DNA of 64,000 nt from contig JAZSIR010000013.1 of assembly GCA_045533905.1 (NCBI GenBank), forward strand, positions 1 to 64,000, written 5' to 3'. A model generated the notes under the pieces. That model saw only the letters and a program-made list of their open reading frames with translations. It had not been told where the DNA came from and did not search any database. This document shows, piece after piece, positions 8,216 to 17,029 of this stretch (position 1 is its first letter; every line of letters starts with the position of its first letter). A program made the position numbers and the translations under genes. The stretch comes from Clostridia bacterium. GTDB lineage: Bacteria > Bacillota > Clostridia > UMGS1883 > UMGS1540.

Positions 8216-8304
8216 CGGAGAGAAAGGGATTCGAACCCTTGATGGGGTATTAGCCCATACACGATTTCCAGTCGTGCGCCTTAGACCAGCTCAGCCATCT
8301 CTCC
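8213..8304 (-). tRNA. tRNA-Ser(GGA)
   Basis: GGAGAGATGGCTGAG...CACGA-CT-GGA-AA-TCGTG, long variable arm, GGTTCGAATCC, encoded CCA. Confidence 0.97.
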
Positions 8305-8449
8305 AAAAGACTTATACAGTATACTACAAAAGAGAAGAATTGTCAATACTTTTCTGCAAAAATATAGAAAAGACAGAAAGACTTGCAAAGAAGCCGGCGC
8401 TGTGGTATACTGGTTATATAGAAATCTGAAAGAAAAACGGAGGAAAAGT

Positions 8450-9178
8450 ATGGAAATTCGGACTTTGGGCACCAGCCACGGCGCAACAGAAAAGGGGCGC
8501 GCCTGTTCGGGCACGCTGCTTACCATTGGAAAGACGAACTATCTTCTTGATTGCGGCGGCAATGTGGAGGCGAAAATGACGGACCTCGAGCTTTCCATAC
8601 GCGATATCCGTGCTGTTTTCATTTCCCATATGCACGAGGACCACGCGGGGAATCTGTCGGCCATCGTAAAGCGGTTTATGCTGTATAACCGCGACGATTC
8701 GCACGTATGGGTACATATGCCCGACAAGGAGGCAACCGAGGTTTTCAAAAACTGGCTGCGTGTTTTGCACGTGCCGCTTTCCGAAGAGCACGTCTCTTTC
8801 CGGATTTATGAAGAGGGTAAGATATACGAGGATGAGAACATCCGCGTGTATGCGATTCCCACAGAGCACATCGCGGACCCGAGCTTTTCTTTTGTGATAG
8901 AAACAGAAAACGAAAAAATCCTTTATACGGGCGACCTCGCCGGCGATTTCCGCGATTATCCCAAAATTCTTTTCGAGGAAGAATTTGATGCCGTTGTTTG
9001 CGAACTCGTGCATTTTGACCCCGAAAAGAATATAGACCTTCTGAAAAAGACGAAGACGAAGCAGCTGATTTTCACACACGTCAACCTCAAAAAGGCCGCA
9101 CGTATGGATGAAATGAAAAACACATTCCCCTTCCCGGTGTATGTGGCGGCAGACGGAGACGTCTTCAGAACAAACTGA
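8450..9178 (+). CDS. MBL-fold metallo-hydrolase (RNase Z-like)
   Basis: TLGTS, LLDCG, SHMHEDH, YTGD and FTH motifs. Confidence 0.85.
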   Translation: MEIRTLGTSHGATEKGRACSGTLLTIGKTNYLLDCGGNVEAKMTDLELSIRDIRAVFISHMHEDHAGNLSAIVKRFMLYNRDDSHVWVHMPDKEATEVFKNWLRVLHVPLSEEHVSFRIYEEGKIYEDENIRVYAIPTEHIADPSFSFVIETENEKILYTGDLAGDFRDYPKILFEEEFDAVVCELVHFDPEKNIDLLKKTKTKQLIFTHVNLKKAARMDEMKNTFPFPVYVAADGDVFRTN

Positions 9179-9183
9179 TTTTC

Positions 9184-10179
9184 TCAGACGGTATAGGAGA
9201 GGAGAAAATCGGCGAGTGCTTCTCCTACAAGCTCGGCCGTGTATAAAGCCTCCTCCATCGTATTGCCGCAGGAACCGATTTCAAGAAGAAGCGCCCCGTG
9301 CGCAGCATGACCGTTAAAACGCTCTTTTCGAAGATGCAAAGGCCGCATAAGGCCCGGGTGCATCTCGGAGAGCGTTTTTTGTATTTTGAGACCGAGGGCA
9401 AGATTTTCCTGCCACGTGTCGTGCGGAAGGCCGCCTGCATCGGTACCGATCACTAAAAGTGCCTGCGCCGCCGTTTTGCCTTCCACTTCGCAGGCGGTTT
9501 TGAGGTAACGCCCGCTCTCGTCCGAGATAGCATCGCGGTGCATATCGATTACAAGGTCAAACGCGCCGCTTTCGGCGATATTTTTTTCGATTGTTTCAAG
9601 AGAACGTGCGTAGCAACCGCTGTAGGACGGATAGTCGTGGCTCGTCGTATCGTGCACAACTGTAATGCCCCGCGCGCGAAGGATTTCTGCCATCGCGCTT
9701 CCCACGCGGCAGATATTAAAGGCCTGATCCTCCGTGCGGAAGACGTCCGAGGGTGTATAGGAAAAGCCGTCGCTTTCCGTATACGCCTCCGAAGTATGTG
9801 TATGCAGAAGGAGCACGCGAGGGCTTTCGCTGAGAAGCGAAAAAGGGGAGGCGAGAAGCGCCGCGCGATCAAAGCTGTAGCCGGCGCTGTTTTGCACCGC
9901 CAAAACGCCGTTTTCCACGGCAGGCGACGCTTCGAATACGTCGGGCGGCACTACTTTTTCGGGAGAGGCGGGCGGCGGCGTCTCCCCGGAAGGCATTTCC
10001 TTCTTTACAACCGGCGCAAGCGGAAACGGGGAGAACTGCGGCAGAACATACGGCCCGTTCCCGCGCGCGAACACCGCCTCGCCAAGGGTGGGAAGGCGGC
10101 CTTCCGGCAAAAAACAAAACCCCAGAAGAAAGAAAAGGGCAGAGAGCATACAAAACAGACAAAGACAACGTCGGAGCAT
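9184..10179 (-). CDS. spoIIP: Stage II sporulation protein P
   Basis: HTHTSEAY, IDMHRDA and LLEIG amidase motifs; N-terminal membrane anchor. Confidence 0.9.
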   Translation of the reverse strand: MLRRCLCLFCMLSALFFLLGFCFLPEGRLPTLGEAVFARGNGPYVLPQFSPFPLAPVVKKEMPSGETPPPASPEKVVPPDVFEASPAVENGVLAVQNSAGYSFDRAALLASPFSLLSESPRVLLLHTHTSEAYTESDGFSYTPSDVFRTEDQAFNICRVGSAMAEILRARGITVVHDTTSHDYPSYSGCYARSLETIEKNIAESGAFDLVIDMHRDAISDESGRYLKTACEVEGKTAAQALLVIGTDAGGLPHDTWQENLALGLKIQKTLSEMHPGLMRPLHLRKERFNGHAAHGALLLEIGSCGNTMEEALYTAELVGEALADFLLSYTV

Positions 10180-10195
10180 AGGTTCACCTCATCCT

Positions 10196-10225
10196 ATTGT
10201 ATGAAACTGTCTGTCCCAATTATGC
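10196..10225 (-). promoter_or_regulatory. SigE-type sporulation promoter of spoIIP
   Basis: GCATA-N17-CATACAAT on the minus strand. Confidence 0.6.
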
Positions 10226-10322
10226 GCGGGGATGTAAAGAAAAGCGCAGAAGCCAAAAGCTTCGCCACTCGGCGTACCGTATGGCACTGTCTGCCCAAAA
10301 TATGAAAAAAGGGATATAACTT

Positions 10323-10490
10323 TTATATCCCTTTACCATTTTCTGTTTTTCTTAAGCGGTCTGTAGCTTCGTGCTTTTCATCCCGATACCCCATCGCCCG
10401 CCAGCCGGCCTTTTTCACGATGTCGTACACCCCAAGCTCTTTTGCAATTTCTTCTTTTAATGTTTCACTCATTCGTCCGCGCGCGTGCAT
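10323..10490 (-). CDS. SspF-like small acid-soluble spore protein
   Basis: MSETLKEEIAKELGVYDIVKKAGW resembles SspF; AAGGAGG RBS; upstream CATACTA SigG-like -10 (10523-10529). Confidence 0.65.
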   Translation of the reverse strand: MHARGRMSETLKEEIAKELGVYDIVKKAGWRAMGYRDEKHEATDRLRKTENGKGI

Positions 10491-10558
10491 TTTTTGCTTC
10501 CTCCTTGTAAGGTTTGTACCCGTAGTATGGCCGGGAGGAAACGAAAAAACACGGGACA

Positions 10559-11917
10559 TTAAATGGTAAGCATACCGCCTTCTGTTTCGAGAAGCATCAG
10601 AACATCTTCTTCCGCACCCGTTACGGCATTGATATATACAAGGAAGGTGTGCGCTTCCATTTTGCACTTAAATTCGTAGCAATACGCCTCTCCCTGCGTT
10701 TGTAAGGGAATTACAACACGCTGCACCCCTTCCACGGAAAGTGCAGGAGAAAGGCGTTTTTGTGCATTCTCGGCTGTGATCTTCGGCGCGGGGAGCGCGC
10801 GGGCGGCGTGATTTGCCGTGTATCCGCCGGCCTCCATACCGAGTACCTCGCCCGTATCCATTCCGATGCGTACCTTTACAAGGTCGGGATAATACAGAAT
10901 TTCGTTTTCGAAGAAGGCAAAATTGATGGTGGCAACATTTTCGCGGATTTCAAAATAACTGTCCCGCATCGAGTGAATCCCGATTTTGTCAAGATATTCC
11001 TTTGCAAGGCGTTTCGCTTCTTCTATGTCAATTTTTTGCTCTTTTACGGGGCGACTGTCCAGCATGTCGAGAAGCATACCGCCGCGCTTTGCAAGGCGGA
11101 AGGTTACGGTGCGCCCACCCTCGCCGTGCGCTGTGAACATATAGGAAGGAATGCGGCCGCCACCCTCGCCGTCAAAGCGGACGTCCGAAAGAAGCGAGGC
11201 ATCCGCAAATTCCGAAAGCCGTGCACGGGCGCTTTCGGCGGAAATGTCGGTCACATTCCGGAGTAGCTGTGGCTCGCGGTCCTCAAGATGGTCCGAAAAC
11301 GGCCCGTCATAAATGAGGGACGGGTAGTCCTGAAACTGCGATTCCAGTTTTTCCATACTGCTGACCACGCCGTCCTCTTTCTGTCCGTAGGGTGTACCGA
11401 TATGAAGCGCCCCGCTGTATAACTTTTGCTGCATATCGTAAAGACCTGCGGAGAGTGTGCCTGCATATTTGGAAAGCGAGAGCATCGAGCGGCGCGCCTC
11501 CTCGCCGATTACAGGTGTATCCATATACCCAAGCGCAAGCGCGTTCGTAAAATCGCCGACCTGCGAGAGAAATTTTGCGGTCGTTTCAAGGTTTGCATTT
11601 TGCAGCGGCAGCTGCCCGAGGCAGGTGGAAGCGGCCGCGGCTTTGGCGTAAATGTCGGTTGCGAGGCGTACCACGCTTTTTTGGTCTGTTACGGCCGCGC
11701 ACTTATACAGGGAGGTTTCGATGGTGGAAACATATTCGGAAAGGTCATCAAAGGCGCGGGCATACTGGGAATCGAGCCGCGTTTTGTAGTCGGCCAGTAC
11801 CTTCGCTTCATAGGAGACAACGGTGGCAGAAATCACAATCAGCGCAATGACGACCGAGAGCATATGGCGGTCCGCCAGTCTTTCTTTGAAGTCGCGGAAT
11901 TTTTCACGAAAACGCAT
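10559..11917 (-). CDS. ypeB: Spore germination protein YpeB
   Basis: KFLSQVGDF, YPSLIYDGPFSDH, YPDLVKV and YINAVTG PepSY motifs. Confidence 0.92.
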   Translation of the reverse strand: MRFREKFRDFKERLADRHMLSVVIALIVISATVVSYEAKVLADYKTRLDSQYARAFDDLSEYVSTIETSLYKCAAVTDQKSVVRLATDIYAKAAAASTCLGQLPLQNANLETTAKFLSQVGDFTNALALGYMDTPVIGEEARRSMLSLSKYAGTLSAGLYDMQQKLYSGALHIGTPYGQKEDGVVSSMEKLESQFQDYPSLIYDGPFSDHLEDREPQLLRNVTDISAESARARLSEFADASLLSDVRFDGEGGGRIPSYMFTAHGEGGRTVTFRLAKRGGMLLDMLDSRPVKEQKIDIEEAKRLAKEYLDKIGIHSMRDSYFEIRENVATINFAFFENEILYYPDLVKVRIGMDTGEVLGMEAGGYTANHAARALPAPKITAENAQKRLSPALSVEGVQRVVIPLQTQGEAYCYEFKCKMEAHTFLVYINAVTGAEEDVLMLLETEGGMLTI

Positions 11918-11942
11918 TATATCTTCCTTCCGTTTTTAGTCT

Positions 11943-11971
11943 TAGTTTGGCCGAAAGAAAAAGGAATATGC
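11943..11971 (-). promoter_or_regulatory. SigG-type promoter of ypeB
   Basis: GCATA-N17-CAAACTA on the minus strand. Confidence 0.6.
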
Positions 11972-11979
11972 AAAAATAA

Positions 11980-12007
11980 AAATCGCATGGCAAGTGCCAT
12001 GCGATTT
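11980..12007 (-). terminator. secF terminator
   Basis: AAATCGCATGGCA / TGCCATGCGATTT. Confidence 0.75.
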
Positions 12008-12021
12008 CTTTGTTTTGTTTT

Positions 12022-12885
12022 TTATGCGCGCTTTTTGAGTTTATTCTGGAGAACAACCCAAAGCGGCGTTGCGATGCAGATCGAGGAGTAGGAACCTACC
12101 AAAACACCGATGATAATCGGCAGAGAGAACTCACGGATGGAGTCGATACCGAGGATATAGAGAACAACAATGGTGATAAGCGTTGTGATAGATGCATTGA
12201 TGGTTCTCGTAAATACCTGATGCAGAGCCGATTCCGAAACCTCTTCAAAAGGCACGCGGCGGTTTTGCTTTTTGTTTTCGCGGATTTTATCGAAGATAAC
12301 AATCGTGTTATTGATCGAGTAACCCACGATGGTCAAAATAGCCGCAACGAAGGTGGAGTTAATCTGCATACGGGTAATTGCGTAAATCGCAATCATAATG
12401 AGAACGTTATGCAAAAGACCTAAAATAGCGGCAAGACCGGACTTGAAGTCAAAACGGATGGTGATGTAGATGAGCATGCACAAAACAGAGAGCATGATAG
12501 CCTTTAAGGCGTCAGTCAGAAGCTTTGTGCTGGCAGAAGCGGAAACGTTGGTAGCTTCCTGCAGTGCCGTTTCGTCGAGGCTGTATTTTTCCTTGATAGC
12601 TTCTACAATCGCGTCACGCTTTTCGGTGGCGATTTCTTCTGTTTTGATGGAAACATCCGTCTCGCCTGCTTTTTGAATAACAGGGGTAACACCGGCTTTT
12701 TCCTGCACAATGGCTGCAATGTCATCGTTACTGAATTCCTGGCCGATGGCCATGCGGATTTCTGTACCGCCCAAAAAGTCAAGACCGAAGTTCAGACCGC
12801 CAAAAGCGATGTATGCAATGATACCTGCTAAAATGACGATGGCGGAAACAATGAAGTAAATTTTCTTATGCTTTAAAATGTTCAT
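12022..12885 (-). CDS. secF: Protein translocase subunit SecF
   Basis: GLDFLGGT, GYSINNTIVIFDKIRE and GSYSSICIA. Confidence 0.95.
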   Translation of the reverse strand: MNILKHKKIYFIVSAIVILAGIIAYIAFGGLNFGLDFLGGTEIRMAIGQEFSNDDIAAIVQEKAGVTPVIQKAGETDVSIKTEEIATEKRDAIVEAIKEKYSLDETALQEATNVSASASTKLLTDALKAIMLSVLCMLIYITIRFDFKSGLAAILGLLHNVLIMIAIYAITRMQINSTFVAAILTIVGYSINNTIVIFDKIRENKKQNRRVPFEEVSESALHQVFTRTINASITTLITIVVLYILGIDSIREFSLPIIIGVLVGSYSSICIATPLWVVLQNKLKKRA

Positions 12886-14210
12886 TATTCCTGCACCTCC
12901 TTTTCCACTTTTACGCCAAAGGCAGCGGGATTCTTAAGACCGAGATTGAGGAAAATCTTAAGGAGCATACGCGTAATAAATACAGCTGTAATCATGCTGA
13001 CTACGATGCCGATACCGAGCGTCCAGGCAAAGCCCTTGATGGTACCGGTACCGAAAGCACCGAGAACAATCGCGGCAATAACCGTTGTGATGTTCGAGTC
13101 GATAATGGCGCTGAGGGCGCGGTGGAAACCGGAATCAACAGCCGCGCGAGCCGTTTTGCCGGCGCGAAGCTCTTCTTTAATTCTTTCGAAGATAACGATG
13201 TTTGCGTCAACGGCCATACCTACGCCGAGAACGATACCGGCGATACCGGGGAGGGTAAGTGTTCCGTTTACGCCGAGGAACGAGAAGTAACCGGCGATTG
13301 TGAGAACAACAAGACCGATGTAGCCAAGAAGGGCAATATCGGCAATGAGGCCCGGAATGCGGTAGATTAAAAGCATAAAGAGCATAACGAGCAAGATACC
13401 GATACCGGCGGCGAGAAGGCTTGTTTCAAGCGCTTTGTCACCGAGGGTAGGCCCAATACTGCGAAGCTCGGCTTCCTTCAATGCGAAGGGAAGCTGACCG
13501 CTCTGAATCTGGTTTGCAAGGGCCGAGGCGGAAGCTTCTGTGAAGTTGCCGTTGATAACACAGTTGCTGGTTGTGATAGTTTCGCTTACGGAAGGTCTCG
13601 AAACTTCGTCTTCGTCAAGATAAATGGAGATGTAGTTTGTGCCGTCCGTCTTTGTCGAAATCGAAGCCGTGGCAGAAGAAAACTTCTTTGTGCCCTCGGA
13701 CGTAAATTCCAGCTCTACGTAATGCTCCATATTGCCGTTTTCACGGGTCTGGCCGTAGCGGTAGGTGGCGCGCTTTACATCGGTGCCGCCTTCCATAATT
13801 ACATTGCCGGAAGCATCGCGGAATGTAAGCTTTGCAGTGGCTCCGAGCATCTGTACTGCGTCCTCAGGATTGGAAATGTTCGGAATTTCAATTGAAATCG
13901 CCTTGTTGCCGCGCTGTGTGACAGTCGCGTCATAGTAGCCCTGGCTGTCAAGACGGTTTCTTACAACCGCAATTGCTGCATCCATATCCGTCTGTGAGGG
14001 GTTTTCTGCATCCGCCTCAAAGGATATGATGGAACCGCCTACGAGGTCAAGCCCGCGTTTTACGCCGTATTCTTCATCCAGCGCCTTCGGGAAGTAGTAC
14101 TTGTCCCCTGTAAAAGGATTCACAACGGTTACGCCGCATACAGCAGTGAAAATCAGGGCTGCAATGACCAAAAGCGTCAACACAAGCCCAATAATGCTTT
14201 TTGCTTTCAT
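12885..14210 (-). CDS. secD: Protein translocase subunit SecD
   Basis: GLDLVGG, IGPTLG and GMAVDANIVIFERIKEE; start reset to the ATG after AGGAGG. Confidence 0.95.
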   Translation of the reverse strand: MKAKSIIGLVLTLLVIAALIFTAVCGVTVVNPFTGDKYYFPKALDEEYGVKRGLDLVGGSIISFEADAENPSQTDMDAAIAVVRNRLDSQGYYDATVTQRGNKAISIEIPNISNPEDAVQMLGATAKLTFRDASGNVIMEGGTDVKRATYRYGQTRENGNMEHYVELEFTSEGTKKFSSATASISTKTDGTNYISIYLDEDEVSRPSVSETITTSNCVINGNFTEASASALANQIQSGQLPFALKEAELRSIGPTLGDKALETSLLAAGIGILLVMLFMLLIYRIPGLIADIALLGYIGLVVLTIAGYFSFLGVNGTLTLPGIAGIVLGVGMAVDANIVIFERIKEELRAGKTARAAVDSGFHRALSAIIDSNITTVIAAIVLGAFGTGTIKGFAWTLGIGIVVSMITAVFITRMLLKIFLNLGLKNPAAFGVKVEKEVQE

Positions 14211-14350
14211 TCTAGGTAACTCCTCCTTGCGTAAATAAGAGTGCTTTTTTGTATTTTGCGCGGGCGGAAGGCTTGTCCGCCCTTTGTCGCACTGCGCCAA
14301 AAGGGGCAGTGCGCCGTAAACAAAATCGTGTGCCTTCCGGCAGATCCGTT

Positions 14351-14767
14351 TTATGCTTTTTTTCTTCTCCCGCCGCCGACATTGATGCCGATGGTGCCAC
14401 CGACGGAGCCCACCGCGATTTCCAGCCCCCAGAGCTTCCAGAAGGAAGGAGAAGGGGAGAAGGAGCTGAATGCGAGCGCCGAAACGAGATAGGCTACAAG
14501 ACCATATAAAGCACCGGCTGCCGCACCGCGCAAAAAGCCGTGCCGCGCGCTGCCCTTTGCCGAAAGAAAGCCGGCGAGAAAAACGCAGATAGCCGTAGCC
14601 GCCGGGATCCCGGCATTTGCCGCAGGCATACTGACAAGCCCCGTGGCAATACAGATTGCCAGAAGGAAAAGTGCCAGAAATGTCAGCGCGACAGAAAGAA
14701 GAATCGGTTTCAAAACGGAAGATAAAAAACCGGGTGCCGCGACCTGCGCGGCAGTGTGCCTTGTCAT
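14351..14767 (-). CDS. TIGR04086-family membrane protein
   Basis: Four TM helices, HGFLRGAAAG and GGTIGIN; typical position downstream of yajC. Confidence 0.8.
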   Translation of the reverse strand: MTRHTAAQVAAPGFLSSVLKPILLSVALTFLALFLLAICIATGLVSMPAANAGIPAATAICVFLAGFLSAKGSARHGFLRGAAAGALYGLVAYLVSALAFSSFSPSPSFWKLWGLEIAVGSVGGTIGINVGGGRRKKA

Positions 14768-14823
14768 ACGGAAAGTCCCCTTTTCATAGAAATTACTGCA
14801 TATCTATGCGGGGGACCGGAGAA

Positions 14824-15111
14824 TTATTCCTTGACCGTAAGGCAGCTTGCGATGGAGTTTCTGGAAAGGGTAATCTGCGACTTTTCTGTGCCGCTGCCTG
14901 TTTCCAGAACTACCGTATCATCTTTCATTTTTACGATTTTACCGTGGATACCGCCGATGGAAACAACCTTGTCGCCAACTGCGAGTGCATCGAGCATTGC
15001 TTTCATAGCTTTCTGCTGCTTCTTCTGCGGACGAATCAGCATAAAATAGAAAACAACGAACATGATAACAATCCAGATAAGACCGATGTAAGGACTGGAT
15101 TCCGGGTTCAT
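14824..15111 (-). CDS. yajC: Preprotein translocase subunit YajC
   Basis: FYFMLIRPQKK and GDKVVSIGGIHG. Confidence 0.95.
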   Translation of the reverse strand: MNPESSPYIGLIWIVIMFVVFYFMLIRPQKKQQKAMKAMLDALAVGDKVVSIGGIHGKIVKMKDDTVVLETGSGTEKSQITLSRNSIASCLTVKE

Positions 15112-15186
15112 AGTGTCTGACCTCCTTTAAGGTATATAATAATATGTCTATTATACTATTTTTTTTGCTGTTTAGCAAGGGATTTT

Positions 15187-15615
15187 TTAAATTTTACCAA
15201 ATTTCATAAGAAGCGCATCGTCTTTCGGGTTTTTGTAATACGCGGCGCGAAGCCCGATTACGGAAAAGCCGAGGGCTTCGTAAAAACGGATGGCCCCTTT
15301 GTTTTTGGAACGGACCTCCAGAAATATATCCGCCACCCGCTCAAACTCCCGCACCGCATAAGAAAGGAGCGCACGGCCAATGCCGCGGCGCCGTGCGGCG
15401 GGGGCGGTGGCAATCGATAAAATTTCCGCTTCGTCCATACAAGACTGCAAAAGCAGGGCGCCTTTGATTTCGGCATCTTCCTCGAATACCCAAACCACCA
15501 TCGAAGGGGAGGAAAGCGCATCTTCAATATCGGCGGCCTTCCAAGGGGAGGGCATGCTTTCATAAAAAAGGTCTGCAATTTTTAAAACATCTTCTTTTGT
15601 GGCGGCACGAATCAT
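15187..15615 (-). CDS. rimI: Ribosomal-protein-alanine N-acetyltransferase
   Basis: GNAT motif RRRGIG, LEVRSKN, FYEALGF and DALLM. Confidence 0.88.
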   Translation of the reverse strand: MIRAATKEDVLKIADLFYESMPSPWKAADIEDALSSPSMVVWVFEEDAEIKGALLLQSCMDEAEILSIATAPAARRRGIGRALLSYAVREFERVADIFLEVRSKNKGAIRFYEALGFSVIGLRAAYYKNPKDDALLMKFGKI

Positions 15616-16031
15616 AACGGCATCTCCTCAATATACGAATTTATCTCTCCCGCGGCGGCGCGGTAGGTGTCCATATCCCCGCCGAAGGGGTCAGCCACAT
15701 CGCCCGTTTTTCCTGCATATTCTGAGAGAGTGTATGTCTTGTCAACTGCATCCGGAAAAAGCGCACAGAGCATTCTGCGGTGCGCATCCGTCATCGTCAG
15801 AATAAGGTCTGCCTTTTCACAGAGGAATGCCGTGCAAGGCTGCGCGCGGTGGCTTTGGATATCCATACCGTATTCTGCCATAGTCCGCACGGCGTTTTCG
15901 TGCGCCGGCGCGGGGTATGAGACGGAAAGGCCTGCGCTTTCCACCGTGTGTGCATCCGTTTTCTTTTTCAGAAGTGCCTCGGCCATCGGGCTTCGGCACG
16001 TGTTTCCCGTACAAACAAAAACAATGTGCAT
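15612..16031 (-). CDS. Low-molecular-weight protein arginine/tyrosine phosphatase (YwlE-like)
   Basis: VCTGNTCRSPMAE P-loop and DPFGG. Confidence 0.9.
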   Translation of the reverse strand: MHIVFVCTGNTCRSPMAEALLKKKTDAHTVESAGLSVSYPAPAHENAVRTMAEYGMDIQSHRAQPCTAFLCEKADLILTMTDAHRRMLCALFPDAVDKTYTLSEYAGKTGDVADPFGGDMDTYRAAAGEINSYIEEMPL

Positions 16032-16041
16032 ATCTGTCTCC

Positions 16042-17025
16042 TTACACCGTCTTGCCGCCTGCCGATTTGAAAAGGCGGTTGCGGACGGCATCGCCCATCC
16101 CGCCTTCAGATGGCGGCATCGCAAAAATCACATCTGCCCCCATTTCGTCAAACGTGCGAAGGGAGAAGAAAAGGCGGGCGGCGTATTCCGCAGGCGTACT
16201 TCCCGCCGAAAGGGAAATGGGAAGAGAAGGCTTCTCTATCCCGTAATAGAGAATACCGGGATGGGCATATTCGCGTGCAGCTTCTATAATACGTTCTAAA
16301 GCACCGTCACCTTCCGCGATATATACAGGCGCGTCCGGCGCATAATGCGTGTATTTCATACCCGGGCTTTTCGGGGCGCCGACGCCCGTACCGTAAATAA
16401 CCTCGCCAATTTCTGCCGAAAGCTCTTCCTTTGTAACGGCGCCCGGCCGCAAAATGGCAGGGGGCGAGACGGTAAGGTCTAAAACCGTGGATTCCACACC
16501 CCACAAACAGTCACCACCGGCGATAATTGCATCGGCTCTTCCTTCCATATCGGCGATAACATGCGCGGCCGAGGTCGGGCTCGGTTTTCCGGAAAGGTTC
16601 GCGCTTGGCGCCGCGATGGGGACGCCGGAGAGTCGAATCAAAGCGTTTGCAATCGGGTGTGAGGGCATACGAACGGCCACGGTGGAAAGACCCGCCGTAA
16701 CGCAATTTGGCACCTTATCCGTTTTCGGCAAAATTAAAGTGAGCGGACCGCCCCAGAACTTATCCATAAGTTTCTCAGCAAGCGGCGTCACGTGGCAGAT
16801 GTCCGAAAGCTGTTCACGTTCGGATACATGCACGATAAGGGGATTATCCTGCGGTCTTCCCTTAGCTTTGAAAATTTTTGCAACCGCCGCTTCATCAAAA
16901 GCATTTGCGCCGAGACCGTACACGGTTTCCGTGGGAAAAGCGCAAATGCCGCCGCTTTGCAAAATAGCGGCGGCAGGCATAAGCTGCGTATCTGAAAATG
17001 AATGCGGATTTACCTCTATAAGCAT
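16042..17025 (-). CDS. tsaC: Threonylcarbamoyl-AMP synthase (Sua5/TsaC)
   Basis: FPTETVYGLGA, KGRPQDNPLIVH, APSANLSG and SPGMKYTHYAP. Confidence 0.95.
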   Translation of the reverse strand: MLIEVNPHSFSDTQLMPAAAILQSGGICAFPTETVYGLGANAFDEAAVAKIFKAKGRPQDNPLIVHVSEREQLSDICHVTPLAEKLMDKFWGGPLTLILPKTDKVPNCVTAGLSTVAVRMPSHPIANALIRLSGVPIAAPSANLSGKPSPTSAAHVIADMEGRADAIIAGGDCLWGVESTVLDLTVSPPAILRPGAVTKEELSAEIGEVIYGTGVGAPKSPGMKYTHYAPDAPVYIAEGDGALERIIEAAREYAHPGILYYGIEKPSLPISLSAGSTPAEYAARLFFSLRTFDEMGADVIFAMPPSEGGMGDAVRNRLFKSAGGKTV

Positions 17026-17029
17026 GGTG

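Noticed and set aside
7774-8253. ORFs 7774-8139 (-) and 7852-8253 (+) with internal peptide repeats
   Set aside because: They are translations of the 89-bp DNA repeats, and the second runs into the tRNA antisense strand.
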